This document shows positions 27,541 to 36,801 of a stretch of DNA of 50,065 bases, in pieces. The notes under the pieces were generated by a model. It made no database searches. It saw nothing but the letters and a program-made list of their open reading frames with translations, and was not told where the DNA came from. The position numbers and the translations under genes were made by a program. Position 1 is the stretch's first letter. Each line of letters opens with the position of its first letter. Origin of the DNA: Bacilli bacterium (GTDB lineage: Bacteria > Bacillota_I > Bacilli_A > Izemoplasmatales > Hujiaoplasmataceae); the NCBI GenBank assembly GCA_018400565.1, contig JAGYMP010000194.1, forward strand, positions 1 through 50,065. The letters are read 5' to 3'.

Positions 27541-29244
27541 TTACATCATCATCAGTTTCTCAAGTGCTTTTCTATGCCCTTTGTCAGCGGCCGCTTCAAA
27601 ATAACGCTTCGCTTGTTTTTTATCTTCCTCAAATCCCATCTCACCGTTAAGCCAAAGCACCCCGTAAGTAAACGCGGCCATCCCGTCCCGATCGTTTTGG
27701 GAGGCTTTCTCAAGCCATTTCAATGCCTGTTTAGGTTCAGTGTCCTTAAGCATGTGAAACATGCGGACCATCGCTGGTGAGTGACCGGCCAGTGCGGATT
27801 TTTCAATCCAATATCGTTTGGCTTTGTCATTGTCGCGGCCGTTTAGATTATCACCGAGCAAATCGGCAAGCATCACCATGGCGGCCAAAGCGTTGTCTTC
27901 GTTATGGGAGGGATGTTCAATATAAGCGATCAAAAGATCTTTGGCTTCCTGATGATGTTTTCTTTCTTTACGTTTTGGCAATTTCCCCTCGTTCAACCGG
28001 TCAACTTTGATGGAGGCCAGACGAAATTTCGCGGCAGTGCTGCCTTTATCAATTGCTTCTTGCAAGAGTTTGGTGACGCGCTGTTCGTCCGCCCCTTCTT
28101 CGGAGGCCAGAACGGCAAGCCAATAAAAACCCCGTGGATCGTTTTTTTCGGTCGCTTGTTTGAAATATTGACGGGCGAGTTCTTTTTTTGCATGCAACAA
28201 ATGTCTGCGGTAATGCAAAATACCCAGTCGGATCACGGCATCAAGGTTTTTGGTTTTCGCGGCTTCGAGATAATAACTCTTCGCACGTTCATAATCCTGC
28301 TCGACTCCATGACCAAGGCGATACAGATCACCCATTTTGACAATGGCCTCGGTCAATCCTTTGTCCGCAGCATACTCAAACAACTGTTTTGCTTTTTTGT
28401 GATCCTTGGGAAACTGGCTTCCTTGATAGTAGAGCAAACCGATGCCATGATGACCTTCCGGAATGTCTTTTTCCATCAAACGGAGCCAATATTTTTTTGC
28501 GTTTTTATAGTTGACATCACGGATGTCCGATCCTTCATAATATGTGCGCGCCACCCGTTTTAATGCTGATTCATCACCCGTATTAGCTAGCATTTCATCA
28601 TAATGAAACACCATGTCGCGCAAGAAATGATCAGATCTTTTTTTGAATGCTTTATGTGGTTTTTGATAAAGTTTTCTCAAAGCTCTGATCGCTGGGGCGT
28701 AGCTTTTGTCAGCGCTTTTTTCAAGCCACTGGATTGCTCGTTTCGGTTCTTTTCGTTTTTTGGTTTTATCCAGGATGAGCAAACCGACATGATACATGCC
28801 TTTTGGATCGTTATGATCAGCCGATTTTTGATAATAACGAAGTGCCTTTTTTTTGCTTTTAAAGGTCCCCTTCCCGTTCAAATATGCATCGCCGGCCAGG
28901 TTCAATGCTTCGACATCGTTTTGTTTTGTTGCTTTCAGATACAGTTTGAGGGCTTTCCTGCGTCGCTTGCGAAAGCCGAACCCCTCGGCGTGTTTTTTGC
29001 CGAGGAGAATCATCGCCGGTGCATAACCATTTTCAACCGCTTTTTCCAAGAATCGTTTGCCTCGCTTTTTCTCTTTTGAGGCAAAATAATATTTTGCGAG
29101 ATTGTAAAGGCCTCTTACATTCCCCATATCCGCGGCCTGTTTGTAATAGACATACGCGGTCTCGATGTTTTTGTCTTTGCCTTTGCCGTAAAAATATGCA
29201 TCCCCGAGCTCGTTCAACGCTTTTGGTGATTGGTGTTCATTCAC
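27541..29244 (-). CDS. Sel1-like repeat (SLR) protein, ~14 repeats, no signal peptide
   Basis: Recurrent ~36-aa units of the form LG..Y..G.GV..D...A..WY.KAA..G. GTG start 6 nt after the AAGGGGGT SD. 8-nt overlap with the upstream SLR gene. Confidence 0.85.
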   Translation of the reverse strand: MNEHQSPKALNELGDAYFYGKGKDKNIETAYVYYKQAADMGNVRGLYNLAKYYFASKEKKRGKRFLEKAVENGYAPAMILLGKKHAEGFGFRKRRRKALKLYLKATKQNDVEALNLAGDAYLNGKGTFKSKKKALRYYQKSADHNDPKGMYHVGLLILDKTKKRKEPKRAIQWLEKSADKSYAPAIRALRKLYQKPHKAFKKRSDHFLRDMVFHYDEMLANTGDESALKRVARTYYEGSDIRDVNYKNAKKYWLRLMEKDIPEGHHGIGLLYYQGSQFPKDHKKAKQLFEYAADKGLTEAIVKMGDLYRLGHGVEQDYERAKSYYLEAAKTKNLDAVIRLGILHYRRHLLHAKKELARQYFKQATEKNDPRGFYWLAVLASEEGADEQRVTKLLQEAIDKGSTAAKFRLASIKVDRLNEGKLPKRKERKHHQEAKDLLIAYIEHPSHNEDNALAAMVMLADLLGDNLNGRDNDKAKRYWIEKSALAGHSPAMVRMFHMLKDTEPKQALKWLEKASQNDRDGMAAFTYGVLWLNGEMGFEEDKKQAKRYFEAAADKGHRKALEKLMMM

Positions 29245-30190
29245 GGCGATACCCCCTTAACTCGTCAAGTCTGGCCTGTGCTTCATCAATGCCGTTTGCC
29301 AATGCTTTTTCGTAATATGCATATGCTTTGACGTAAGATGAAGGGATGCCGTCACCTTTCATATAACGATCGGCGAGTTCCATCCAGGCTTCGGGTAGAT
29401 CATCTTTGGCATGGTTGAGACATGCGATGCTTCTTTCTTTGTCTTGTTCGACTCCAAGCCCCTGATTATACATCTCAGAAAGATAAAGCATCGCCTCTGG
29501 CAAATTTTCTTTTGCGGCAATCTCAAAATAGATATGCGCTTGTTCATAGGATTTGTTTTGATACAGTTCCTTAGCCGTGGCCAGCATGTCTTGTGGACTC
29601 CGTCCGTCTTTGTCGTTTTTGACATTGATGAACCGAAGATAATTCATCGCATCAACCGATCCGTTCACAAGTGCTCTGTTCAACCATTTGTATGCTGATT
29701 CCAAGCTTTTTTTAATACCCTCTCCAGTCAAATAGGCACGTCCGATGCGGTACATCGCATAGGCATTGTCTTCTTTCGCAAGCTGCACATATTTCTTCAA
29801 GGCCTTAGAACGGTTCTTCGCTGTTCCGATACCTTTTTCGAGGCATCGAGCCTGATTCAACAATCCTTCCGTTGAATGGTGTTCGGCGGCGGTCGCATAG
29901 AGTTGATAGGCTTTGTTTTTGTTAACATCCGTGCCGAAGCCTAACTCATGACAGTGACCGAGATAAGCAAACGCATCCTCCTGCAAGCCTTCGCGGGCTT
30001 GCCGGAAGTACATGTAAGCCTTGTCGGAGTCCTTGTCGACGCCGTGTCCATCGTAATAGGAGAGCCCGAGATAAAACAATGCATCCGGATCATCTTTTTT
30101 TGCCCATTTTTTGAAGATTTTGAACGATTCATCGTAATGTTTGATCTTATACGCTTTTATCGCGTCTTCCATGGTTTGATTCGATGCCAC
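29237..30190 (-). CDS. Sel1-like repeat (SLR) protein, ~7 repeats, no signal peptide
   Basis: Same repeat signature (e.g. ALFYLGLSYYDGHGVDKDSDKAYMYFRQA). GTG start 6 nt after the AAGGAGGG SD (30197-30204), 32 nt after the addA stop. Confidence 0.85.
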   Translation of the reverse strand: MASNQTMEDAIKAYKIKHYDESFKIFKKWAKKDDPDALFYLGLSYYDGHGVDKDSDKAYMYFRQAREGLQEDAFAYLGHCHELGFGTDVNKNKAYQLYATAAEHHSTEGLLNQARCLEKGIGTAKNRSKALKKYVQLAKEDNAYAMYRIGRAYLTGEGIKKSLESAYKWLNRALVNGSVDAMNYLRFINVKNDKDGRSPQDMLATAKELYQNKSYEQAHIYFEIAAKENLPEAMLYLSEMYNQGLGVEQDKERSIACLNHAKDDLPEAWMELADRYMKGDGIPSSYVKAYAYYEKALANGIDEAQARLDELRGYRRE

Positions 30191-30222
30191 GGCAATCCCT
30201 CCTTATCGAATGATTCACGTTG

Positions 30223-33200
30223 TCATTTTTTTTCTGTTGTGTCAATGAAACGCAATGTCCTGGTCGCGATTGAATAAAGGTATGTTTCAACCGGTATGTC
30301 CAAAATGGATGTGAGATAGTCCTTATACCCTTTTAATTGCAGGATGTACGCGGGGTCGTCGATGTTCTTTGCCTTGTAATCGATGATGACGGCTTTCTCA
30401 TCCCATACAGCCAAGAAATCGATAAATCCGTGTTTTGTCCCTTCGTTTGTTTCATAGTAGAACTCGTACTCTTTGTAAATGGTTGCGGATTTCAGATCAC
30501 CCAACGCCTCGTTGTCAAGCAAACCATCCACGATAATGCGCATGGACGGTTCAAGGGTGATGTCACCTGATAAGTAAGCCTTGAAGTCAAGGCTTTCGAG
30601 TTGGTCATGCATCTCTTCCCCGGCTTTCAGGGCCTGCTTTTCTTCCATACCTTCCATGGAAAGACGTTCCTTTGAAAAACCGGATCGTGTGATGGGCGAC
30701 GACTCGAAATCAAACCGTGAAAACGACGTCGCTTTAACCGAGTCATCGGTTTTTTTAATCCGGTGATCGTCATCGCTGATGAACTCCATCCGGGCACGGC
30801 GCTCAAATGTTTCAGCACAACCGCTCATCGTAATGAATGCAAGGTAATCCCGGGTGTGAAAACGCAATTCGGGCAATATCTTCCCTTGGTCATTTCTGAT
30901 TGCAATTCCGTCCTTGCGACGGGAGTCGTCCACCAAAAAAACCATTCGGTCTTTCGCCCGTGTCAATGCGACATACAAAAGTCGGAGCCGTTCGGACAGA
31001 TAGGCTTTGTAATCGAGTTCCTTGAGCAAGAAATGGCACATGTTTTTCATGAAGCCGTCATCAGCCATCGTCTTTGAGAAAAATCCCAGATCCCGGTGGA
31101 TGACAAAGAAGTCACGGTTTTTCTGATAATTGAATTTCTTATGTAATCCCCCATAATAACACACAGGGAATTCAAGTCCCTTGCTTTTGTGCATCGTCAT
31201 GAGTTTGACGCGGTTATCATCCATGGCGGCACTCTCTGTGAATTTGATATCCAGCGAATCGCCTTCTGCTACATCATGCATGTAGGTGATGAATGATTGC
31301 AGTGAGGATTCATTCATGTCCTTTGCACGCGCCATGAGAAAGTCAAGCTTTTTCTCACATAAGGCCGGATTGTCAAGCGTGGCGATTGCTTTATATAGAT
31401 CCGTGATTGTATAAATATCGAAAATAACATCAGACAACGGCTGATTGAAAAACTCCGGGGCGATGGCATGTAAATGCCGATACATATCGGAAAACCCGGA
31501 CAAAGTGTCGATGGTGATCCGTTCATCATCGACATGATCAAGCAAAAAGGACACAATTTTTTCGTCGCTTTCTTCGTAGACAAACGACCGCAACAACCCA
31601 TAAAGACTTTGTTTTTGAGCCTCAGAGAACGGGGTTCTTTTATGAAGCATCAAAACGATGTCAAGAAATTGCCTGACAAATACGATCTCATGACTCTCGA
31701 TGAATGATTCGTCATCGATTTTAAGCACGGGAATATTTGCGGCGGACAGTGTTTTTGTGATGTCATCAAACATCGTTTTGCGATCGTAGAGGATAGCGAT
31801 ATCACCATATCGAACCGGACGATCGGTTTTTGATGATAAATCGAAGATCTGACAATCTTCCGTTATTTTGTTTTTGATGTCTGCAGCGATGATTTTGCCT
31901 TCGCGTTGGCCGTCGGTCAAATCGTCATCGGCATCACCGTCATAAACCAACACTTCAGGATCGGGGGAGTCGTCTTCGCTTTTCTCGTAAGCTTTGTTGC
32001 CATAGCGAAGTTTTTGCGTGTCATCATAATCGATGCCGCCGATCGTTTCGTCCATCACATCGGCAAACAACTGATTGATAAAATCAATCACGGCCGGGCG
32101 TGACCTGAAATTATCGGTAAGATCGATGGTGATACCGCCTTGTTTTTTGCCGTAGGTTTTGTATTTTTTTGAAAAATAGCGCGGATTCGCATTTCTGAAC
32201 CGATAGATGGATTGTTTGATATCACCGACCATGAACACATTGCCTTTGTCCAAAAGACCGAGCATGTGATTTTGCAGGTCGTTGGTGTCCTGGTATTCAT
32301 CAACCATGATCTCCTCGGTCTGGTCCCGCAGCATTCGCCGAATATCCGGTTGATCTTCAAGAAGACGGATCGCCTCATTCATAATATCTGAAAATTCAAA
32401 TAACTCATGTTCTTTTTTATATGCATCGAGACGTGTGATATAATCCCTGGCCATCTCTAACATGATTCTGATCGCCGGTAATTGTTCTTTGACGTCAGCT
32501 TTGGTTTTTACAAAATCATCGAGATTGAATGCCTGGATATCTTCTTTGAATCGATATGCTGCATCACGTAGAAAATAACCGTATTTCTTCACATAATCCT
32601 TCATGTCTTCATCGATGGACCTCGGCAGCCGCGGATGTGAAAAATCAGCCAGTTCACGCAGAAGCCTGTTCAAATCGGCTTCAAACACGAATGCATACGT
32701 TTCACGGATATCTCTGACATATTCCAACACATAGGGATCCCGCGCGTCTTCGAGGTGACGGATGACATGATTGACGATGTCACACAAATCCGTGCGTTTT
32801 TGTTCCAAAACCCGCTTTAATTTATTTTGCAAACCATTGATGTATTCATCGTCATCCATGGACAGATAATCGTCAATAAAACTTATTGGATTGGGATGCA
32901 TCTTAAGATGGTACAATACCGTGCGCAACCCGTTTTTGATGGTAGCATCACCGCGGTCAAAGGTGCGTTTTAAGAGCCAAGCGAATCGTTCATCGTTTTT
33001 TTCATAATATGGCTTCAGTGTTTCCTCAAGAATATCGCTTTCGGCATGGTGAACGAAAACATCGTCTGCCACATGGATGTCTTTCGGCAATCCAAGCAAA
33101 TAATGATACTGACGGACCAAACGCAGAGCAAAAGCGTCAAACGTTGATATGACGGCATTTTCCAGTTTTGGCAATTGATCGGTCAATTGCGCGTGCGTTT

Positions 33201-33411
33201 TGATTTCGTTTTTGATGCGTTGTTTCATTTCGGCTGCTGCTGCGTTGGTGAATGTCAAAATAATGAATGTGTCGATCGAGGCACCCTCCATTAATTTGTG
33301 GATGACCCGCCTTGACAGCACGGATGTTTTTCCTGATCCCGCCCCGGCACTTACCAAAATATTTGTTCCACCCGTTTCAACAGCTTGTTTCTGCGCAGAT
33401 GTCAATTTCAC
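30223..33411 (-). CDS. addA: ATP-dependent helicase/nuclease subunit A (AddA/RexA)
   Basis: UvrD-like N-terminus LVSAGAGSGKTSVLSRRV...LTFTNAAAAEMKQRI. C-terminal RecB-type nuclease GFIDFLAVWDEKAVIIDYK...QLKGY. 4-nt overlap with addB. Confidence 0.85.
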   Translation of the reverse strand: MKLTSAQKQAVETGGTNILVSAGAGSGKTSVLSRRVIHKLMEGASIDTFIILTFTNAAAAEMKQRIKNEIKTHAQLTDQLPKLENAVISTFDAFALRLVRQYHYLLGLPKDIHVADDVFVHHAESDILEETLKPYYEKNDERFAWLLKRTFDRGDATIKNGLRTVLYHLKMHPNPISFIDDYLSMDDDEYINGLQNKLKRVLEQKRTDLCDIVNHVIRHLEDARDPYVLEYVRDIRETYAFVFEADLNRLLRELADFSHPRLPRSIDEDMKDYVKKYGYFLRDAAYRFKEDIQAFNLDDFVKTKADVKEQLPAIRIMLEMARDYITRLDAYKKEHELFEFSDIMNEAIRLLEDQPDIRRMLRDQTEEIMVDEYQDTNDLQNHMLGLLDKGNVFMVGDIKQSIYRFRNANPRYFSKKYKTYGKKQGGITIDLTDNFRSRPAVIDFINQLFADVMDETIGGIDYDDTQKLRYGNKAYEKSEDDSPDPEVLVYDGDADDDLTDGQREGKIIAADIKNKITEDCQIFDLSSKTDRPVRYGDIAILYDRKTMFDDITKTLSAANIPVLKIDDESFIESHEIVFVRQFLDIVLMLHKRTPFSEAQKQSLYGLLRSFVYEESDEKIVSFLLDHVDDERITIDTLSGFSDMYRHLHAIAPEFFNQPLSDVIFDIYTITDLYKAIATLDNPALCEKKLDFLMARAKDMNESSLQSFITYMHDVAEGDSLDIKFTESAAMDDNRVKLMTMHKSKGLEFPVCYYGGLHKKFNYQKNRDFFVIHRDLGFFSKTMADDGFMKNMCHFLLKELDYKAYLSERLRLLYVALTRAKDRMVFLVDDSRRKDGIAIRNDQGKILPELRFHTRDYLAFITMSGCAETFERRARMEFISDDDHRIKKTDDSVKATSFSRFDFESSPITRSGFSKERLSMEGMEEKQALKAGEEMHDQLESLDFKAYLSGDITLEPSMRIIVDGLLDNEALGDLKSATIYKEYEFYYETNEGTKHGFIDFLAVWDEKAVIIDYKAKNIDDPAYILQLKGYKDYLTSILDIPVETYLYSIATRTLRFIDTTEKK

Positions 33412-35720
33412 GATTCATCCCCCCAATCATGACGTTCGTGATGGCATACGTCCTGATAATCACAATACTTGCAACTGGGTGAGATGGTCTCATTGCCGTA
33501 TACCTTAAGAGGTCTGATGCGGTAATCACCATTTTCGATCCTTTCAAGACATACGTCGATGAAAGCTTGGGTCTGACTTAGATACTTACGCATCTCAGAA
33601 GGCGACAAAACACGGTTCGATTTCGCGAACGTTCCGTCATTTTTGATCCGGATGCCCAAGATGGCATCTTCCGGATAAAATGCATGAAACAATTTGATGT
33701 CATCCACAAGACGGCCGTCAAGACGAAGTTTGTTTTCAAGTGGGTCGTTGTTGTCGTCGTGATTGATCTTTCCCACATTCACGGGTTGGTAAAAGAACCC
33801 ATACGGGACACTTTGGTTGGTTGCATCCCCTTTTTCGACCATCAGAAGATAAAACGGCAGCTGGATGGCTTCCCCGCGTTCAAAATCGTCATCTTTGAAT
33901 GTTCTCGAACCGGTTTTATAATCAATGACGGCCACATACTCTTTTCCGCCGGATTTTTTTCTCATCACGCGGTCAATTTTACCGTTCAATGTGACATGGT
34001 CCAGACGTGTTGGATAAGCAAACGTCTTTTCGGTCGCATCCGTTTGGAATCCGGTATGATTCTCGCGTTTTGCGAGGATCTTTAAGATCTGGTTTTGTTC
34101 CTCAAAAAAGCATGCCGTGAACCGGTGTTTTTTATGGGCGGCATTTTCCGGAAAATCGATGTCTTCGGTATCGATGTCTACCGGTGATTTGAATTTTTGT
34201 TTGTAGGCTTCCTCCATGATTGCATGGGATAGAATGCCGAAATAAAGCGGCAGATTCGGTTCTTTTTTTGCGATGTTTAAAACGTGATCCAAAAAGAATT
34301 TAAACGGGCATTCGTTGAATGTCGTGAGACTTGTCGCTGATATCCGGATGTTGCATTCAATGAGACGTTTCACAGTGGAAACCGAAAGGCGTTTAAACAT
34401 GTAATCATAAGCATGAAATGCATTTTCGAATGTCTTTCTCAGCAACTTAAAATCCGGGGATGACCATCCGTATAGCAGCTTTTTATGGCGTTCAATCGCA
34501 TACCTCAGACATTCACTTTGTTTGAGATGTGAATGCTCGTGCAGATGATGGGTTCTTGTCTGTCTGTCAATCGGTCTGTTCAATGCGATGTCGGCAGGAC
34601 GCATCGGTGCATCATCGATTTGTGCCGGCCAAAACAAACGGAGATCCCGGATCATGCGCATATCATGCACCAATTGCTTTTTAAACGCGGCATTCATCTC
34701 AAGTGACGTCGGCATACCGATTTCTTTCTTTTCATCATCCGAAAAATAATCATCATCACGCGTCCGTCTCGGGATTGAAGCATCATGGGCGTTCATAACC
34801 AAAACAATCTGGTTGATGTCATCGGTCATGTGTTCCAACGGACTGACCATGATGGCATTTGTCTCTCGTTTTGGTCGAACCGGCGTGGTTTTTAGAATAT
34901 GTCTCAAAAATGCTGAGTGATCGCTTTCCCTGAGATGTGGGCCATAAGCATCCACGACTGACACCAATGCTTCTAATAACGTGTCTTGTGCGTTGTTTTG
35001 AAGATACGTTTTCAATGTGTCAAGTGCTTCTTCGAACCCTTTTTCATCATAAATCCGTAAAAAGCGGCGGGCAAAGGGATAATGGATGATAGGAACCGGT
35101 TTATCAATTACATAGGGGACACGGGCATCTGTGAAAAGTTTTTTGAGTGCGAGGTCATCGTCATCGGTCGTATTGACAATCCGGATATCCCCCGGTGTTT
35201 TTCCGTTATCGAACAATGTTTCAATTTCATCAAACACCCCATACGCTTGTTCTTTCTTGTTTGCGGTTTTTATAAAAAAAACCGACTCATCGCTATAAGG
35301 GGTAGTTTGTACGAAAATCGGGTCATATGCTGACAACCGCTCTTTTAAGGAAAAATCATCAACAACATAAACGATGTCTGTCTCTTGAAATGTCCGGGGC
35401 GGTTTGTAAATGCCTTTCTCAATCAAGACGTTTTTCTCTTTGACAAGTTGTCTGATTTTCGGTTGACTGGAGAAAGTGTTATCAGAAAGAAAATCAAAAA
35501 AGGATTTTAGATTTTCACTCATGTCATACGAATGATTGAACCAGGTTTTCATTTTGATGAGATACTCTTCTGAAAATTGGCCATACAAAACACCCGGAGA
35601 GAGGAGTGTGGCATCAAAGAGTTGTTTGGATGCGTTCAAATGTGCGAACAATCGCTTTTTTGCGGATGAATGGGCAATCACGAGACCCTTGTTTATGTTC
35701 GCAAGATCGCTTAACAACAT
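33408..35720 (-). CDS. addB: helicase/nuclease subunit B (AddB/RexB), compact form with Fe-S nuclease domain and no Walker A
   Basis: C-terminal nuclease GKIDRVMRK...VAVIDYKTG...QLPFYLL. Four-Cys pattern (NECPFKFF ... SCKYCDYQDVC) typical of the AddB iron-sulfur staple. ATG 35720 lies 6 nt after the GGAGGG SD. Confidence 0.75.
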   Translation of the reverse strand: MLLSDLANINKGLVIAHSSAKKRLFAHLNASKQLFDATLLSPGVLYGQFSEEYLIKMKTWFNHSYDMSENLKSFFDFLSDNTFSSQPKIRQLVKEKNVLIEKGIYKPPRTFQETDIVYVVDDFSLKERLSAYDPIFVQTTPYSDESVFFIKTANKKEQAYGVFDEIETLFDNGKTPGDIRIVNTTDDDDLALKKLFTDARVPYVIDKPVPIIHYPFARRFLRIYDEKGFEEALDTLKTYLQNNAQDTLLEALVSVVDAYGPHLRESDHSAFLRHILKTTPVRPKRETNAIMVSPLEHMTDDINQIVLVMNAHDASIPRRTRDDDYFSDDEKKEIGMPTSLEMNAAFKKQLVHDMRMIRDLRLFWPAQIDDAPMRPADIALNRPIDRQTRTHHLHEHSHLKQSECLRYAIERHKKLLYGWSSPDFKLLRKTFENAFHAYDYMFKRLSVSTVKRLIECNIRISATSLTTFNECPFKFFLDHVLNIAKKEPNLPLYFGILSHAIMEEAYKQKFKSPVDIDTEDIDFPENAAHKKHRFTACFFEEQNQILKILAKRENHTGFQTDATEKTFAYPTRLDHVTLNGKIDRVMRKKSGGKEYVAVIDYKTGSRTFKDDDFERGEAIQLPFYLLMVEKGDATNQSVPYGFFYQPVNVGKINHDDNNDPLENKLRLDGRLVDDIKLFHAFYPEDAILGIRIKNDGTFAKSNRVLSPSEMRKYLSQTQAFIDVCLERIENGDYRIRPLKVYGNETISPSCKYCDYQDVCHHERHDWGDES

Positions 35721-35759
35721 GAAAATCCCTCCTTGTGACCGGGCGTTGTCTTTAGAATC

Positions 35760-35768
35760 ATTATAACA
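35760..35768 (-). promoter_or_regulatory. extended -10 element (TGTTATAAT) upstream of addB
   Basis: Minus strand TGTTATAAT about 40 nt upstream of ATG 35720, just after the arsR-gene terminator. No good -35. Confidence 0.35.
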
Positions 35769-35820
35769 CAACCGTCCATATGACGCAGTGCTTTTCAAGC
35801 TTTTTGCGGACGTTTTTCAT

Positions 35821-35852
35821 AAAAAAAAAGCATTTTGCAAAAAGCAAAATAC
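35821..35852 (-). terminator. intrinsic terminator after the arsR-family gene
   Basis: Minus strand GTATTTTGC-TTTTT-GCAAAATGC followed by T9. Confidence 0.7.
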
Positions 35853-35858
35853 TTTGAA

Positions 35859-36161
35859 TCAAGTATCACAGGAGAAGACTTCCTCTTCGTCACGGGGTTT
35901 GTCATGGATGTTTTGAAAAAAATCGATGAACGACCGGACGGTGTCTTCGTTCATATGGTAGTGTGTCCATGTTCCTTTTTTGTCAGTGATCACCAAACCC
36001 GTGTTTTCGAGAATCTTCATGTGATGGGACAACGTCGGCTGGGAGATGTCGAGTTTATCGAGCAGTTGACATGCACAAAGCGTGCGCTCAGTCAACATCA
36101 TGTAGATCTTTAACCGCGTCGCATCACTCAATGCTTTAAATTTCTCTTTCATCTTGTTCAT
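35859..36161 (-). CDS. ArsR/SmtB-family metalloregulator
   Basis: LSDATRLKIYMML...LCACQLLDKLDISQPTLSHHMKILENTGLV winged HTH with a CxC pair at the ArsR-type alpha-3 site. Confidence 0.85.
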   Translation of the reverse strand: MNKMKEKFKALSDATRLKIYMMLTERTLCACQLLDKLDISQPTLSHHMKILENTGLVITDKKGTWTHYHMNEDTVRSFIDFFQNIHDKPRDEEEVFSCDT

Positions 36162-36178
36162 CTTTTATCACCATCTCT

Positions 36179-36208
36179 ATTATACCGCCTCACAGAAAAC
36201 AAAGTCAA
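36179..36208 (-). promoter_or_regulatory. putative arsR-family gene promoter: TTGACT-18-TATAAT
   Basis: Minus strand TTGACT (36208-36203) and TATAAT (36184-36179). Implies a very short leader. Confidence 0.4.
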
Positions 36209-36250
36209 CCAATAAACAATCTTCATTCCATGAGGGTGTCCATAACCACA

Positions 36251-36279
36251 AAAAAAAAGACCCCGGAGGGCCTTTTTTT
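36251..36279 (-). terminator. intrinsic terminator after hsp20
   Basis: Minus strand GGCCC-TCCG-GGGTC (one G-U pair) followed by T9. Confidence 0.55.
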
Positions 36280-36289
36280 GGTTTGGACA

Positions 36290-36706
36290 TTATTCGATTT
36301 CGATGTATTTCTTTTCTTTTACGTTCGTGCCTTCCTTGGGAATGAACAATTTGAGCAAGCCTTTTTCATAATTCGCTTTGATGTCATCTCTGGCGATGTC
36401 TTCACCGACATAAAAACTTCTTGCGCAACTTCCAAGGAAACGTTCACGTCTGACGTAATGACGATCTTTCTCTTCCTCTTCTTCCTCTTTCTTGGCTTCG
36501 ACGGTTAAGTAACCGTTGTCCAAGGAAATCTTGATGTCATCTTTGTCATATCCGGGTACATCAATCTCCAATTCGTAACCGTTGTCGACTTCGAGGATGT
36601 CTGTTTTCATATTGCCGGTTGTGCGGCTGAATGTGGGAGCTTGGAAGAAATCGTCAAATAAGTCATCAAAGAATGAATGCCCAGAACGTTTAACTAAGTT
36701 TGCCAT
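36290..36706 (-). CDS. small heat-shock protein, Hsp20/alpha-crystallin family
   Basis: Alpha-crystallin domain DILEVDNGYELEIDVPGYDKDDIKISLDNGYLTVEAK...IKANYEKGLLKLFIPK. ATG 36706 lies 8 nt from the GGAGG SD. CIRCE elements upstream. Confidence 0.9.
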   Translation of the reverse strand: MANLVKRSGHSFFDDLFDDFFQAPTFSRTTGNMKTDILEVDNGYELEIDVPGYDKDDIKISLDNGYLTVEAKKEEEEEEKDRHYVRRERFLGSCARSFYVGEDIARDDIKANYEKGLLKLFIPKEGTNVKEKKYIEIE

Positions 36707-36743
36707 GGTCACAACCTCCTTCTGTTATGATTGTGTTTGTTTT

Positions 36744-36769
36744 TTGGCACTCCTTCTTCCGAGTGCTAA
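36744..36769 (-). promoter_or_regulatory. second CIRCE-like inverted repeat with 8-nt spacer, at the hsp20 transcription start
   Basis: Minus strand TTAGCACTC-GGAAGAAG-GAGTGCCAA. Perfect left arm, 1 mismatch in the right arm, spacer 8 instead of 9. Confidence 0.6.
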
Positions 36770-36773
36770 TTAT

Positions 36774-36801
36774 ATTATAACACACTTTTTAGCACTGTCA
36801 A
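36774..36801 (-). promoter_or_regulatory. sigma-A-type promoter of hsp20: TTGACA-16-(TGT)TATAAT
   Basis: -35 TTGACA at 36801-36796, inside the CIRCE spacer/right arm. Extended -10 TGTTATAAT at 36782-36774. Confidence 0.7.

Noticed and set aside
27904-28563. 219-aa plus-strand ORF inside the large Sel1-repeat gene (also 47357-48043 inside the PAS-GGDEF gene and 18961-19485 inside rny)
   Set aside because: They are antisense to ORFs with clear family signatures. They have no motifs and no translation signals.
27541-30190. Sel1-repeat proteins as secreted virulence-type factors (Hcp/LpnE-like)
   Set aside because: Neither protein has a signal peptide, lipobox or the paired cysteines of Helicobacter Hcp proteins. 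A cytoplasmic scaffold role is more consistent with the sequence.
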